Shown here one piece after another: positions 1-10,227 of a stretch of 64,000 nt of DNA. Location of the stretch: the IMG/VR virus record IMGVR_UViG_3300047295_000025; one strand, 5' to 3'. The translations under genes and the position numbers were made by a program. The stretch comes from an uncultured virus (IMG/VR IMGVR_UViG_3300047295_000025) (lineage: Duplodnaviria > Heunggongvirae > Uroviricota > Caudoviricetes > Schitoviridae). The notes under the pieces are model-generated. The model did not search any database. It saw only the letters and a list, made by a program, of their open reading frames with translations, and was not told the origin of the DNA. How positions within the stretch are numbered: the first letter of the stretch is position 1; every line of letters begins with the position of its first letter.

Positions 1-776
1 GAGCGAATGTGATCGTTGAATTGGATCACACGGTCATTGGTATAGGCCATCACCCGACATTCTGGGTTTTGCTGCATGAAGTGGCTGTGCAGCTGCTGCT
101 CCATCGCTGCGTCGTCCAGATGGTCGATGATCCCGGGGATGATCTGGATGGGCTTGAAGACGCCCGTCTCGACAGTTTCACGGAGCTGGGAGACCAAGTT
201 GATGAGGGCAGGCTGGGCCTTGTTCCTCATTGGCTCGGTGAGTTCGATGGTCTGGTAGCCCTGCTGGAAGACAGGCGAGAGCTTTTCCATCACTGGAGCC
301 AGTTGGTTCTTGTCACCGACATAGAGGATCTTGCAGCGAAGGGTGCCCTCGTTGATGGCTTGGAACAGCGGAGTGTCCACCATCGAGCACTCGTCAATGA
401 CAAGGATCATGTTCTCGTGTACTTTCCAGCTCCGGGTGCGTGTCAGTCTGGTCTTACCAGTGCTGTAGTCTTCCATGACCTTGAGGCCCAAGAAGGTATG
501 CACGGTGTCAGCAGGCCAGCCAGTGAGGCCGCCTAGAACGTCAGCAGCCTTGTTGGTGGTGGCTGTGATATTCACGGAGTCATAGACCGACTCGATGCCC
601 ATCATCTGGCACATGCTTCGGTACTGGTCCATGACCTCATTGATGAGATGCTTCATCAGATGGGTCTTGCCGGTACCCGGTCCACCAGTGAGGATCATGG
701 CCTTATCAGGACCCAGGAGGAACTTAAGGAAGGCATCGGCCCCCAACAGTTGACCTTGGTTCAGTGTGTCAGTCAC
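1..776 (-). CDS. SF1 (Dda/RecD-like) DNA helicase, N4 gp37-like; runs off left window edge
   Basis: Translated by hand from GTG at 776: MTDTLNQGQ..., Walker A GGPGTGKT, TATTNKAA, Walker B LVIDECSM, VGDKNQL; position after rIIB/gp35/gp36 as in N4. Confidence 0.9.
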   Translation of the reverse strand, partial: MTDTLNQGQLLGADAFLKFLLGPDKAMILTGGPGTGKTHLMKHLINEVMDQYRSMCQMMGIESVYDSVNITATTNKAADVLGGLTGWPADTVHTFLGLKVMEDYSTGKTRLTRTRSWKVHENMILVIDECSMVDTPLFQAINEGTLRCKILYVGDKNQLAPVMEKLSPVFQQGYQTIELTEPMRNKAQPALINLVSQLRETVETGVFKPIQIIPGIIDHLDDAAMEQQLHSHFMQQNPECRVMAYTNDRVIQFNDHIR

Positions 777-797
777 GTTTGCGTCCTGAAAGCAGAA

Positions 798-819
798 AGG
801 CCTCCCCGAAGGGAGGCCT
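798..819 (-). terminator. Intercistronic hairpin / probable terminator with UUCG loop
   Basis: Minus strand AGGCCTCCC-TTCG-GGGAGGCCT followed by a short U-run. Confidence 0.55.
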
Positions 820-841
820 ATGATTGGAAATAGGCTGTGTG

Positions 842-1318
842 TTAGCCCGGGATGAACGGAGTGAGGTTGGGTTTCGAGTAATTCGGACCCTTCATCAGCT
901 TCTGAGTTTCGGGGTGGTAGATCGGTTCGCCTTGCTCATCGAACTTGGAGAAGTTTGAGCGGTTGACCTCATGCAAAGCGCCGACAGGATCCATGCCATG
1001 AAAGACGGCACATCCTGTGGCAGTGACCAGTTGGTCAGCGATGCTGTCGAGGTACGCAAGTCTGTTCTCGAAAGGAACATAGACCGTTCCAGACTCAGCT
1101 TGCTTCAAGAAAATAGCAAAGCTGTTCATGGACTGATGGACGGTTTGCAGCATGAGCTGAGCAGCCGAGCTGGTTGCCCTCATCTCAGCGATCATTTCAG
1201 CCACTTCTTCGAAGTGAACGCCCATCTGTGTTTGGGCATTCTTCGGGGTGGGATGAGGGAAAGCCTTGGACATGAAGTCCACGGTACCTTCAAGGGCACC
1301 TACGATCTGGTCGGTCAT
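842..1318 (-). CDS. MazG-like / all-alpha NTP pyrophosphohydrolase (N4 gp36-like)
   Basis: HFEEVAE, LDSIADQLVTATG and EVNRSNFSKFD...KGPNY..P motifs. Confidence 0.8.
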   Translation of the reverse strand: MTDQIVGALEGTVDFMSKAFPHPTPKNAQTQMGVHFEEVAEMIAEMRATSSAAQLMLQTVHQSMNSFAIFLKQAESGTVYVPFENRLAYLDSIADQLVTATGCAVFHGMDPVGALHEVNRSNFSKFDEQGEPIYHPETQKLMKGPNYSKPNLTPFIPG

Positions 1319-1614
1319 GGGTTCAGCAAGTCTTTCAGAATGAGGTTTCGAACGTGGTCTTTGATGGATAGGTGAGGACCCAGCTTGTCAGCGAGAGTTT
1401 CGAGCTGGCTGGGAGTGAAGACCTTGTAGATGTCTTCCATGAAGGTGCGTCTGGTATCGGCAGGCGGGATGCCCAGAGCTTTCAGACGTAGTGTGATGGT
1501 GCTGATGTGACAGTCGTATTCGTCAGCGATGCGAGAGAGAGAATATCCAAGGCTGTTGAGCCGGATGATCTCAGCGTCTTCGACCTTGCGGTTGACTCTA
1601 TAGGCTGTGGACAT
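1315..1614 (-). CDS. HTH DNA-binding protein (N4 gp35-like)
   Basis: GYSLSRIADEYDCHISTITLRL helix-turn-helix pattern; synteny. Confidence 0.7.
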   Translation of the reverse strand: MSTAYRVNRKVEDAEIIRLNSLGYSLSRIADEYDCHISTITLRLKALGIPPADTRRTFMEDIYKVFTPSQLETLADKLGPHLSIKDHVRNLILKDLLNP

Positions 1615-1631
1615 CTGAAGAACTCATCATG

Positions 1632-1667
1632 AAAAAACGCCCCACCCTAAGTTTGGGGTGGGGCGTT
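1632..1667 (-). terminator. Intrinsic terminator after rIIB
   Basis: GC-rich stem CGCCCCACCC/GGGTGGGGCG followed by U6 on the minus strand. Confidence 0.8.
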
Positions 1668-1683
1668 CTTACGGTTTGTTGGT

Positions 1684-3507
1684 CTATCGGTCCAGATGCT
1701 TCTGGATTTGATCACCAACATCACCAGAGAGGCCGAGCGCGAGCCAGCTGACCTTGGCCTTCGACTTGAAGGTCTTCAGGGCTTGGGCAGCTGTTCTTTT
1801 TCCGTCGAGCGACTTGGCGTTGCTCATCAGGTTGTAGAGGCGCTTGGCTTCTTCCTGTCGTCCCGAGGGCCTCGGAGCCGACACTTCCGCAGCAGCTTTC
1901 GGAGCTACGGGCTTGGGAGTAGCCTTGACCGGCTCGATCTTCTTGGGAGAAGGGACCGGGGTGGGCTTCTTCGGAGCCTCGACCAGAGCCAGCGTGGCCT
2001 TGATCTCGCTAGCGACAGCATCGCTGTCGAAGCCGAGTTTGGACCAGCCAACTTTGGCTGTCTTCTTGAAGTCCAGCAGTTGCTGGGCAGCAGTCTGACG
2101 GTGTTCGAGAGTTGTGCCTTTGGACATGACTTCGTAGAGGTCTTGAGCACGCTTCTCACGGGCAGATCCGCCCTGAACCTTGGGCTTGTCAGCCACAGGA
2201 GCAGGTGTCGGAACCTGTTTGGCAGCCACAGCTTGAGCTGCGACAGCCTTCGGATCGGTTCCAGTAGCCTTGAGGTCGTCCAGTGCAACAGCACGGGGCT
2301 GCTCAACGCTACGAGCTTCGGCTTTCGAACGCAGAGGTTCGATGGCAGCCAGTGCCTTGATCTGGATCCCACCACCGTAGGGTTCGGTGACCCTGACCTC
2401 TTCCAGACGACCAACATGGTCGCCTGCAATGGCCTTGCCGAGGAGGATTTGAGCAGCATCGCTGTCCGTCATAGGACGGTTGTTGCGAAGCTTCTGGTGA
2501 TCTTCAGGGCTGATCCTGGCGATGATGTGGTAGGCGCAGACACGAACCTTGTTCGGATCATTGTGGGGCACAGTGATCACGTCTTCAGGCTCGATTTTGC
2601 AGAGGACCAGCACGTCACCGGGGAATTCCCGGATGTAGCCACGACGAGCGATGTGGAGGCCGTTGGAGCATTCGTTCCGACGGTTCTTGTCCACCAGACT
2701 TTCGTCCACCACGAGACGAGATCCGACCCGTTGGGGGATTTTGCCGCTGTGGCAGTCGAAGAAGGTACCCGGAGCCTCAGGGTACAGAGAACCCTTGGAT
2801 CGAGTGCTGAGCACCTTGTAGGCCAGAATGGACCCATCGTCAGCGATAGGCAGGTCGCCTCGTTCGAGGAAGCGAAGCAGGTCTTCCACGGAGTGTCCGC
2901 GTTTTTCCTGCATGGCTGCCATGCGTTCGATCAGGCGTTGGAGACCCTTGTATTGGCCAGTCCGCTGAGCATGGGCAACCTGACCCTTCAGGTTCTCCAT
3001 CCCAGGAACGGCTTTGCCACCGACGACAGCGACAATGGTCTCGCCGTCTTGAAGGGTGCTGTCGTCCTTGGACATAGGACGAGCATGGGTCATGAGACCT
3101 TCGCCCAGCTTCGGAGCTTTACGAGGCTCCTCGACCGGCTTGGCAGCCTGCTTCTGCTCAGCGTTCTGCATGACAGCAGCAGCGGTGGTCTGACTGCCGG
3201 GAATGGTACCAGCAGCCACAGGAGCGACACGATCTTCATCGGTGGAGAAGAGGTGTTTCACCTTGTCCTTGGCGACACGGAAGAACTTCATCAGCCCTCC
3301 GGTCTTCTTTTCGAGATCCACATAGGTGGAAGTCTCGGAGTCATCGACTTCAGCGAAGCCGTAACGGTTGATCAGAGGGATGATCTTGTCCACGATCCCA
3401 CGGATGCGGGTGTCGCCTTGCTTCAGCACAACGGTTTCGCCGTTGGGCTTGTACAAGGTCAGCTCGTCCTCAGTGAGAACTGCTGCGACGACCTTGATTT
3501 TGGCCAT
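1684..3507 (-). CDS. rIIB: rIIB-like protein
   Basis: Start MAKIKV at 3507 after AAGGA; LPIADDGSILAYK, NECSNGLH and KVRVCAY motifs; follows rIIA. Confidence 0.88.
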   Translation of the reverse strand: MAKIKVVAAVLTEDELTLYKPNGETVVLKQGDTRIRGIVDKIIPLINRYGFAEVDDSETSTYVDLEKKTGGLMKFFRVAKDKVKHLFSTDEDRVAPVAAGTIPGSQTTAAAVMQNAEQKQAAKPVEEPRKAPKLGEGLMTHARPMSKDDSTLQDGETIVAVVGGKAVPGMENLKGQVAHAQRTGQYKGLQRLIERMAAMQEKRGHSVEDLLRFLERGDLPIADDGSILAYKVLSTRSKGSLYPEAPGTFFDCHSGKIPQRVGSRLVVDESLVDKNRRNECSNGLHIARRGYIREFPGDVLVLCKIEPEDVITVPHNDPNKVRVCAYHIIARISPEDHQKLRNNRPMTDSDAAQILLGKAIAGDHVGRLEEVRVTEPYGGGIQIKALAAIEPLRSKAEARSVEQPRAVALDDLKATGTDPKAVAAQAVAAKQVPTPAPVADKPKVQGGSAREKRAQDLYEVMSKGTTLEHRQTAAQQLLDFKKTAKVGWSKLGFDSDAVASEIKATLALVEAPKKPTPVPSPKKIEPVKATPKPVAPKAAAEVSAPRPSGRQEEAKRLYNLMSNAKSLDGKRTAAQALKTFKSKAKVSWLALGLSGDVGDQIQKHLDR

Positions 3508-3512
3508 GTGTC

Positions 3513-5975
3513 CTATCCTTTCAGGACGTTGATGAGAAGCTGCCGAGCTTTGAGTTTCAGCAGGTAGTTCGTACCGTTCAGGGCAGAGCCAAGAGCAGAG
3601 GTGCTCAAGAAATCTGTCTGGTCGGACTGTCGGCATTTCTGCTTGAAGTCCTCGATACGCCAGTACGGGGGCATTGAGTTCAGGATGTCTCGGATCTGAG
3701 CAAGCTTGGGACGCTTGCTGTAGTCTGAAGGCTCGTTGACGTACCAACGCTTGTAAGCGAGCCAAAAGTCGAGCCACCCTTTGTGGTCTTCGGTGCGTTC
3801 GTCCCTTAGACCAAACTTTGCGGAGAGTACAGGATCTCCACTGACAAGCCTGAGAAAGCGGTGTGACTCTTCGTAACTGTCGATCTTTGCCACCGTTTTC
3901 AGATGGTGATCTGAGAAGGGAAGGTTCTGGCGGAAAGATACGTTGTTGCAGAGATAGTAGAGGAACTCGGACTCAAAGAAGTCCCTGAAGTTCAGGGAAC
4001 CTTGCTTGATGTATTTGTCCTCTTGTGTGGTCGAGACGGCGACGCCGGTTACTTGACCAAACTTCTTGACGAACCACTTCTTGTTCTCTTGGTTCATGTG
4101 GGTGAAAGTCATGTGGCCATTTCTGGATCCACGGACGATTACCCGAGGGGCTTCGATACGGTTGCCGTGCTCCCAAGGCACAGTCCGAGAAACCATTTCA
4201 CCAGTCCTTCGATTGGTGACTGAGGCGAGAGAAGGCAGGCCTTTGGGCTTCTTGGGTACGGGAGGAAGATCCTCCAGCACGTTGATGGGCACGGTCAGAT
4301 CAACCTTTTCCCACGGCTGCTTCACCGTGAGATCCACGATGTGGTAGCCGAGATCGCTGAAGATCTTGCGAGCAGCGGCGATCTTGTTCTTCGAACGACT
4401 GACAGTGCAGACGAGAAGCCTGTCTGTTTTGCCGAGACGGCGGAAGATGGGGAATGCTCCGGCCCTGTCCTGATAATCGGAGGCTCTGTGAGTCAGAACG
4501 ACGATTTTACGCAGGAATGGCAGACACTCAGTGAGCTTGGTCTGCTTAATGGCAGAGACATCCTTGAGAAGTCTGCCCTCTCCCCAGCCATTGGTGTCCT
4601 TGAAATTGTACACAGAGAGCTTGAGGGAGTTCAGTTCAGGGTCAGCCCTGACCTTCTTCATGATCGGCCAGATGATCTCCTTGTGGAAGAAGGTGTTGTC
4701 TGTTGGAGCGCCATAGGCGTAGTTCCGACGAAGGGCACGAAGGTATTTGTTGACCAGAGGTTTGTCTGCTGCGCCCGACTGAAGGAAAGCCCTCATCCGG
4801 TACATCTGGTCGAACTTGTGGAAGCCCGAGAAGCTGGGGTAATTGGTCTTCAGGTAGAAGGACACAATGTCTGCGACATTGACCAATGGCTTGTCGATCT
4901 GGGGACCGGAACCCCAGTTGTTTTTGACAGTCACTCCTGGGATTGACTTGGTGCTCTCGAAGATGGGGGAGATGTTGTGGGTGAGCCAGAGGTTATCGAC
5001 TGCTGTTTTGAGGGCAACACGACATTCGATCTCCAGCACTTTGTTGAAGTCGAAACAGAAGTCCGACAGGTGCTTCTTGAGGGTATCCACAGTGATGTCG
5101 CTCATGGAGAGTGACTCACGGCTAGGCGTGACAGAGATCGTGTTTGGTTCAGCCATGAAGATCAGACGGACGTTGCCTGAATTGGGCAGAGCCGACATGA
5201 ACTCGGTGATCGACTTGTAGAAGTCGGCATAGGCTTCGTGCTGGGGGACGGGGTAGAGGACGTTGCCATAGCGGACTGCCATAGTGCTGTCATTGTGGCG
5301 GTTGTCCTTCAGGACCATGATCCAGCCGTCTTTGCCCTCAGAGAAGGGCAAGGTTTCGCAGACCTGACCATTCAGCTCGACATTCATCTCACCATTGCGG
5401 GCGATGGTCCTCACAATGTTTGTGAAGATGGCAGCATCACGCTGTTCCTTCAGGGGGATCTTGACCGTGATTCCGCTGTAGTCCGTCGGCACAGAGACGA
5501 TTTCGGTGATGCCCGGACGACCACCAACCTCAGCCGAGGACTTGGAGACCTGATAGATGGTCTTGGTCCCCTCGTGGCACGAGGTGACTTCGAAGCTGTC
5601 GGTGTAGGCGAAGGGGGCCTTCGAGCCGAGACCGAAGCCTCCGGTCTGATTGCCATCGTTCTTCTTCGTGCTGTTGCCATACACGCAGTAGATCGACTGG
5701 ATCAGGCTACGGTGGATCCCCGTGCCGAAGTCCTGAATAGTCAGGAACTTGTCGGTGATCGTGACCAGAACTGGCCTCTTTTGACGACCAGTGACGATAT
5801 GGCTGTCCCATGCGTTGCAGAGGACTTCACGAATGACGGCCAGAGGCTTGTCAGAGTAGAGGGTGTCGGACAGGACGTGGATAAACTCAGCACTGTCGCT
5901 GATGCCGAAACCTTCGGCTGCCTTGGGGGCGATAACCGCATGGGTCACGCGATCATTGGCGTGTGAAACCTGCAT
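3513..5975 (-). CDS. rIIA: rIIA-like protein with N-terminal GHKL ATPase domain
   Basis: LYSDKPLAVIREVLCNAWDSH, IQDFGTG, GGFGLGSKAPFAY. Confidence 0.92.
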   Translation of the reverse strand: MQVSHANDRVTHAVIAPKAAEGFGISDSAEFIHVLSDTLYSDKPLAVIREVLCNAWDSHIVTGRQKRPVLVTITDKFLTIQDFGTGIHRSLIQSIYCVYGNSTKKNDGNQTGGFGLGSKAPFAYTDSFEVTSCHEGTKTIYQVSKSSAEVGGRPGITEIVSVPTDYSGITVKIPLKEQRDAAIFTNIVRTIARNGEMNVELNGQVCETLPFSEGKDGWIMVLKDNRHNDSTMAVRYGNVLYPVPQHEAYADFYKSITEFMSALPNSGNVRLIFMAEPNTISVTPSRESLSMSDITVDTLKKHLSDFCFDFNKVLEIECRVALKTAVDNLWLTHNISPIFESTKSIPGVTVKNNWGSGPQIDKPLVNVADIVSFYLKTNYPSFSGFHKFDQMYRMRAFLQSGAADKPLVNKYLRALRRNYAYGAPTDNTFFHKEIIWPIMKKVRADPELNSLKLSVYNFKDTNGWGEGRLLKDVSAIKQTKLTECLPFLRKIVVLTHRASDYQDRAGAFPIFRRLGKTDRLLVCTVSRSKNKIAAARKIFSDLGYHIVDLTVKQPWEKVDLTVPINVLEDLPPVPKKPKGLPSLASVTNRRTGEMVSRTVPWEHGNRIEAPRVIVRGSRNGHMTFTHMNQENKKWFVKKFGQVTGVAVSTTQEDKYIKQGSLNFRDFFESEFLYYLCNNVSFRQNLPFSDHHLKTVAKIDSYEESHRFLRLVSGDPVLSAKFGLRDERTEDHKGWLDFWLAYKRWYVNEPSDYSKRPKLAQIRDILNSMPPYWRIEDFKQKCRQSDQTDFLSTSALGSALNGTNYLLKLKARQLLINVLKG

Positions 5976-6045
5976 GATGCTCTCTTTGTTGGTTCTGAGG
6001 GCCTAATCCCCGAAGGGGGAAAACACGCTTGCGTGTTGGCCGGGG

Positions 6046-6576
6046 TCAGTATGATCCAAGAATGAAGATGGGGTCTCGTGAGACCAGAGGATCTTCTTTG
6101 AGATCATCGAAGAGGGCGTTCATCCACTCTTCGTAGTCCTGCTTGAACAGGGGGATGAGTTCGCCGTTGTCGTACCAGTGACCATGATAGGTACGGAGGT
6201 ACTCGTGCGAGTAATTGATGATCCTGGATCTGGCATCGACCACAGAAGTGGCCTGTACGATAGCATAGCCAGTTGCGTGCCGAGCCAAGACTTTCATGTC
6301 AGGCCAGCGATACACCTGCTTTCTGCCGTGCTCGTAGAAGACATTCTCTTCTCCGATCCAGCAGCGATCCCAGCCGTTGAATTGGTTAGGGGCAGATCGA
6401 GGGGCCTCGTCGTACCAAGGCTCAAGCTGGCTTTCTCGTAGGCAAAGATTGAACATGGAGAGGATCTCGACAAAGCGAGTATTCCAGCTGTAGTTGTTGC
6501 GGGGCAACGCAACCGCAGCTGTGACAGCATTACGGTAGGCCATCTGACGATTAGCCTGCGTGTCGATGGGGTTCAT
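6046..6576 (-). CDS. Hypothetical protein
   Basis: 176-aa ORF, ATGA overlap with upstream gene. Confidence 0.7.
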   Translation of the reverse strand: MNPIDTQANRQMAYRNAVTAAVALPRNNYSWNTRFVEILSMFNLCLRESQLEPWYDEAPRSAPNQFNGWDRCWIGEENVFYEHGRKQVYRWPDMKVLARHATGYAIVQATSVVDARSRIINYSHEYLRTYHGHWYDNGELIPLFKQDYEEWMNALFDDLKEDPLVSRDPIFILGSY

Positions 6577-7046
6577 CCGAAGTTCTCCAGATAGGCGTCA
6601 GGATGTTTTTGTTTGAGGAGGTGGCTGCCTTTGGCACCTAATTGAGCAATCTCAAGGACATGCTCGACCTCTGTCAGTTTGTTTCTGTAGATGTCTTGTT
6701 GGCTGAGCTTACGACGGACGTAGTGATCAATGGCTCGTTGAATGTCTTTGTGGGCGTATGGTGCCCATGTATCCCTCAGCATGAAGAAGGTTTCCCATTG
6801 TCGAGAGTCACCAATCCGCTGATATCGGAAGCCTTTGGGCGTGATCTTGACGATAGGGTATGCAGTGAGCTGTATAGACAGCGAGTTGGTGCTGCCTTTG
6901 TGGCCTTCTTGTTGTTCCATTAGGCGATAAAGGTAGCCTAGAATGGGCTTTCCGCCTGTGATGAAGGCGTTGTTCTGGGTCTTCTCGTGTGCCTTGAGCA
7001 CCGATCCTTCGATGTCATCGAAGTTCATTTGGACGGAGATCCCCAT
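6573..7046 (-). CDS. Hypothetical protein
   Basis: 157-aa ORF with AAGGAG RBS. Confidence 0.75.
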   Translation of the reverse strand: MGISVQMNFDDIEGSVLKAHEKTQNNAFITGGKPILGYLYRLMEQQEGHKGSTNSLSIQLTAYPIVKITPKGFRYQRIGDSRQWETFFMLRDTWAPYAHKDIQRAIDHYVRRKLSQQDIYRNKLTEVEHVLEIAQLGAKGSHLLKQKHPDAYLENFG

Positions 7047-7067
7047 CGCCTAGCTCCTTGTTGGTTC

Positions 7068-7103
7068 AAAGAAAAAGCCCACTTGGCGGATCCAAGTGGG
7101 CTT
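7068..7103 (-). terminator. Intrinsic terminator after dcd
   Basis: AAGCCCACTTGG/CCAAGTGGGCTT stem plus U-tract. Confidence 0.8.
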
Positions 7104-7108
7104 CTCTG

Positions 7109-7615
7109 TCAGCTGGCGATTGCATCGACTGGTCTGTCTTCTTGATCTTGGTATTTGCCGTCATAGACGGCATCCACTTCTAGTCGGTCGAAGAGAACTT
7201 GTGCGATGCCAGCGCCTGCTGGGATGTGGACTGGTTCGTTTCCGTGGAAGACGAGTTCGAGGGTCAGAAACCCTCGCCAGCCCGGTTCGATGACTGTGTT
7301 AAACACGGATAGGCCACGACGTGCCCATGTGGACTTGTCGCGGACAGTGGCCACGAGACACTGTGGCATCTGAAACTGCTCGATGGCTGAGGCCAGACAG
7401 AAGCGTCCAGTCTTGTATTCCACCTTGCCGGTGAGCGGGTCCTTGATCATGATCATGCAGCCTTCTTCGTTGGTGAAGAAGCGAATGTCCTGCTTAATGC
7501 GGATGTCATAGCCAGCCTCACCGAGACCGTAGGAGGTCCCGTGAGCCTTGAGTTTTGACTGCTCCATGTCCTTGATCGGCTCCCAGTTCAGGAGAGCTGT
7601 ACCGTTACAGATCAT
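7109..7615 (-). CDS. dcd: dCTP deaminase (N4 gp26-like)
   Basis: SYGLGEAGYDIR, DKSTWARRG, IEPGWRGFLTLE, YDGKYQDQ. Confidence 0.9.
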   Translation of the reverse strand: MICNGTALLNWEPIKDMEQSKLKAHGTSYGLGEAGYDIRIKQDIRFFTNEEGCMIMIKDPLTGKVEYKTGRFCLASAIEQFQMPQCLVATVRDKSTWARRGLSVFNTVIEPGWRGFLTLELVFHGNEPVHIPAGAGIAQVLFDRLEVDAVYDGKYQDQEDRPVDAIAS

Positions 7616-7785
7616 CAATCATCTCCAAAATGGTTGGTGATGAAGTCCTCAGCGATGTTGAGGGCTTCTTTCTGGCGATCAGCGATGGGTTGAAGAATCT
7701 CAGGATCTTGGCAGATCTCAGCATTTTCAAGCTGATTTCCACGAGCCAGATCCATGACGATCTGGAATGCCTCTGCTGTATCCAT
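7615..7785 (-). CDS. Small acidic hypothetical protein (56 aa)
   Basis: MDTAEAFQIV...HFGDD read by hand; fills the gap; TGATG coupling to dcd. Confidence 0.65.
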   Translation of the reverse strand: MDTAEAFQIVMDLARGNQLENAEICQDPEILQPIADRQKEALNIAEDFITNHFGDD

Positions 7786-7789
7786 AAAC

Positions 7790-8947
7790 CTATTCCTTGA
7801 TGTGAATCACTTTCCCACAGTTGACGTGGGCCTTGGTGTTGTTGACGGAGACCCAGATCACCGGGATTGGAACGGATTCCATTGGCTCGACCTGAAGGTC
7901 TGAGAAGATGACAGCAGCAGTCGGGTTGTCAGCCATGATGTGCTCCCTAACGGGTACAAGGCTGGTGCCACCACGACCAACGATGACGATCTTTTCGAAG
8001 GCGTCCTCTTCTTTGAACTCATATTCTTTGGTTATACGAGTATCGAACAAGATGAGTTTGAGCTTCTTGGGATTGAAAACTTCCTTGATGTATTTCACTT
8101 CGGAGTTGAAGCGAACAATTTCTCCATCAGAGACAGATCCAGATACATCCAGGTAGTAGTTCAGTTGCTCAAGCCGACCATCTCCAGACTTTGAGGGCAT
8201 GTAGATGTCGGGATATCGACGGCTTGGGCGCTTCCATGTCCAGTCCTGTTTGGACAGGGCAGTGAAGAAGCCATAGAGAGCAGACTTCCAGTCGATCTTG
8301 GGGCTGAGGAATTCGTTGACCATCAGCTCGACTTCACCCGGAATAGATCCGGGCTTGCCTGCAAGCTTGGCAGCTTGGATGGCCTGAACGACGACATTGA
8401 TCTGATTTTGGGTCGAGGTCTTTGAGTTTCCAGATGGATCCTCAACGAGATCACCGTTGCCAGTACCCCAAGACCCCCCTGAGGGGGCCTTGGCGCATTG
8501 CTTCATGAGGATGTTATAGACCTCCTCGACGCCCATGCCTTTGTAGGTCTGGTCCTTCCAGCAGTTCTCGACTCCCTTGAACGAGTAGCCTTCGTCCTCA
8601 AGGCCGTTGTTGATCACGATATCAGCAGCCCAGTTCCAGACTTCTGGGTCTCGGTCTCCACACCGTGGGATGTGGAGCCAAGCGACGTGCCAGAGTTCGT
8701 GCATGAGCACTGTCTCACGAGTCTCAGGGAGCAGACTTGCGAACCACAGAGGGTTCCAGATCAAGTCTGTCCCGCTGGTGGCAGCTGTAGGAAGCTCCAT
8801 CGACCAGCTGAATTTGAGGCCACTGAGGAGAGGCCCCAAGAACGCAGCATTCTTGTCGAGGAATGCACGGCTCTTGGTTTTGTCCAGAGCACGCTGGAGG
8901 TCGTAGGTATCGAGGCCTACCTCCATTGGATCAGCAGCTTTGAACAT
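7790..8947 (-). CDS. Metallopeptidase-VWA domain protein (N4 gp25-like)
   Basis: HELWH (HExxH), WNWAADIVIN, MIDAS DVSGS, GRGGT. Confidence 0.88.
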   Translation of the reverse strand: MFKAADPMEVGLDTYDLQRALDKTKSRAFLDKNAAFLGPLLSGLKFSWSMELPTAATSGTDLIWNPLWFASLLPETRETVLMHELWHVAWLHIPRCGDRDPEVWNWAADIVINNGLEDEGYSFKGVENCWKDQTYKGMGVEEVYNILMKQCAKAPSGGSWGTGNGDLVEDPSGNSKTSTQNQINVVVQAIQAAKLAGKPGSIPGEVELMVNEFLSPKIDWKSALYGFFTALSKQDWTWKRPSRRYPDIYMPSKSGDGRLEQLNYYLDVSGSVSDGEIVRFNSEVKYIKEVFNPKKLKLILFDTRITKEYEFKEEDAFEKIVIVGRGGTSLVPVREHIMADNPTAAVIFSDLQVEPMESVPIPVIWVSVNNTKAHVNCGKVIHIKE

Positions 8948-8956
8948 GGTCTCTCC

Positions 8957-10003
8957 TTAGACGGTGCTGGGACCGTTCAGATAGCGATTGAGGGCGATGA
9001 CCGAACGAGCGAAGACCTCGTGTTCACGAAGATCTGCACGCTGTGCCAGCATGGTTCGCCAGAACAGGATACGGTGCTCCATGCCCATACGGTCCATGAA
9101 CTTGCCGATGTTCTCGATAGTCTTCTCATCGACGTAATCGGTGAGAGTGAGAGTCAGGGCATAGCAGGTAGGGTTGTCGTTGGGGATGCGAACGCCATCC
9201 GGGTCTCGGATGATGTCTGCCGTGCGGGGCAGGTGTTCGAAGACCTTGGAATACTGGATGAAGTTGACAGCGACACCAGAGGTGATCGTGCCTGCCAGCA
9301 AAGCGACGTACTCGTCCATCTCAGGGATGGACATGTCCTTGATCAGGTCCTGCATGAACTCCCATGTCCGAGGGCAGCAGAACGTCTTCTCACCGTGGTC
9401 CGGCTTGAAGTCGTGCAGCATTCCCTTGTTGTCGGACAGGAACGCGAGGATGCGGTGGTCGTAGTTGTTCTTCAGAGCCACATCTTCGAGCCACTCACGG
9501 TGGCTGACTTCCAGTTCGAGGTGGATCACTCGGGACTGCATGGCAGTGGAGAGATCAGCGACGATGGCTCGGTCAGTGAGACGGTTGCCAGCAGCAGCGA
9601 TGACCACGTTCTCGTGGAGATCGTGTTGGCCGACCTGACGGTCGAGGATCAGCTTGTAAGCAGCTGCCTGAACACTGCGATCAGCAGCGTTCATTTCGTC
9701 CATGAAGAGGACCCAGCCTTTCTTGCCTTCGGGCAGAGGATCTCCTTTGATCGGGAAGATGTCGTAGGGCTTGAAGGTAGCCTTGTCGCCACCACGATCA
9801 GGCAGGCCTGACAGGTCGGTGGGATCTGAGGTGGACAGACGGTGGTCGATCACAGCGAGCTGGTGACGAGCAGCGATCTGCTTGACGATAGCGGACTTGC
9901 CCACTCCTGGGGGTCCAGAGATGAAGGGCGTGCGATCAACCCGGAAGCAGCGTTCGACAGACTTCGCCATAAGGCGAGGGGTGAGGGTGTGATAGCCGCT
10001 CAT
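8957..10003 (-). CDS. MoxR-like AAA+ ATPase (N4 gp24-like)
   Basis: GPPGVGKS, LFMDEMN, AAGNR, PRTWE; paired with VWA gene. Confidence 0.9.
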   Translation of the reverse strand: MSGYHTLTPRLMAKSVERCFRVDRTPFISGPPGVGKSAIVKQIAARHQLAVIDHRLSTSDPTDLSGLPDRGGDKATFKPYDIFPIKGDPLPEGKKGWVLFMDEMNAADRSVQAAAYKLILDRQVGQHDLHENVVIAAAGNRLTDRAIVADLSTAMQSRVIHLELEVSHREWLEDVALKNNYDHRILAFLSDNKGMLHDFKPDHGEKTFCCPRTWEFMQDLIKDMSIPEMDEYVALLAGTITSGVAVNFIQYSKVFEHLPRTADIIRDPDGVRIPNDNPTCYALTLTLTDYVDEKTIENIGKFMDRMGMEHRILFWRTMLAQRADLREHEVFARSVIALNRYLNGPSTV

Positions 10004-10197
10004 GGGATTGTGGTCCTTTGTTCAGGGGGAATTTCTTGGTCTTCGACGCTGCACTCACCTTCGCAGCTTTCGCAGAAGGTGTTGTCGAACGTCTGAGACA
10101 GTTCGAATTGTTGGCTCTTTTCATCCCATTCGGCCCACGCATCGAACTTGATGTCGGTGGATCCGCAGGTGGAGCAGCATTTTTTCACTTTGGTCAT
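10000..10197 (-). CDS. Small zinc-ribbon protein
   Basis: CSTCGS...CESCEG; GGAG RBS before MTKVKK. Confidence 0.7.
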   Translation of the reverse strand: MTKVKKCCSTCGSTDIKFDAWAEWDEKSQQFELSQTFDNTFCESCEGECSVEDQEIPPEQRTTIP

Positions 10198-10227
10198 GTT
10201 GTCTCCCGATGGATGAAACCAAACCAA

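Noticed and set aside
1696..3567. 623-aa plus-strand ORF, and similar long antisense ORFs (8498-9811, 31942-34032, 43395-44933, 51117-52793)
   Set aside because: Antisense shadows of well-supported genes caused by codon bias; no motifs
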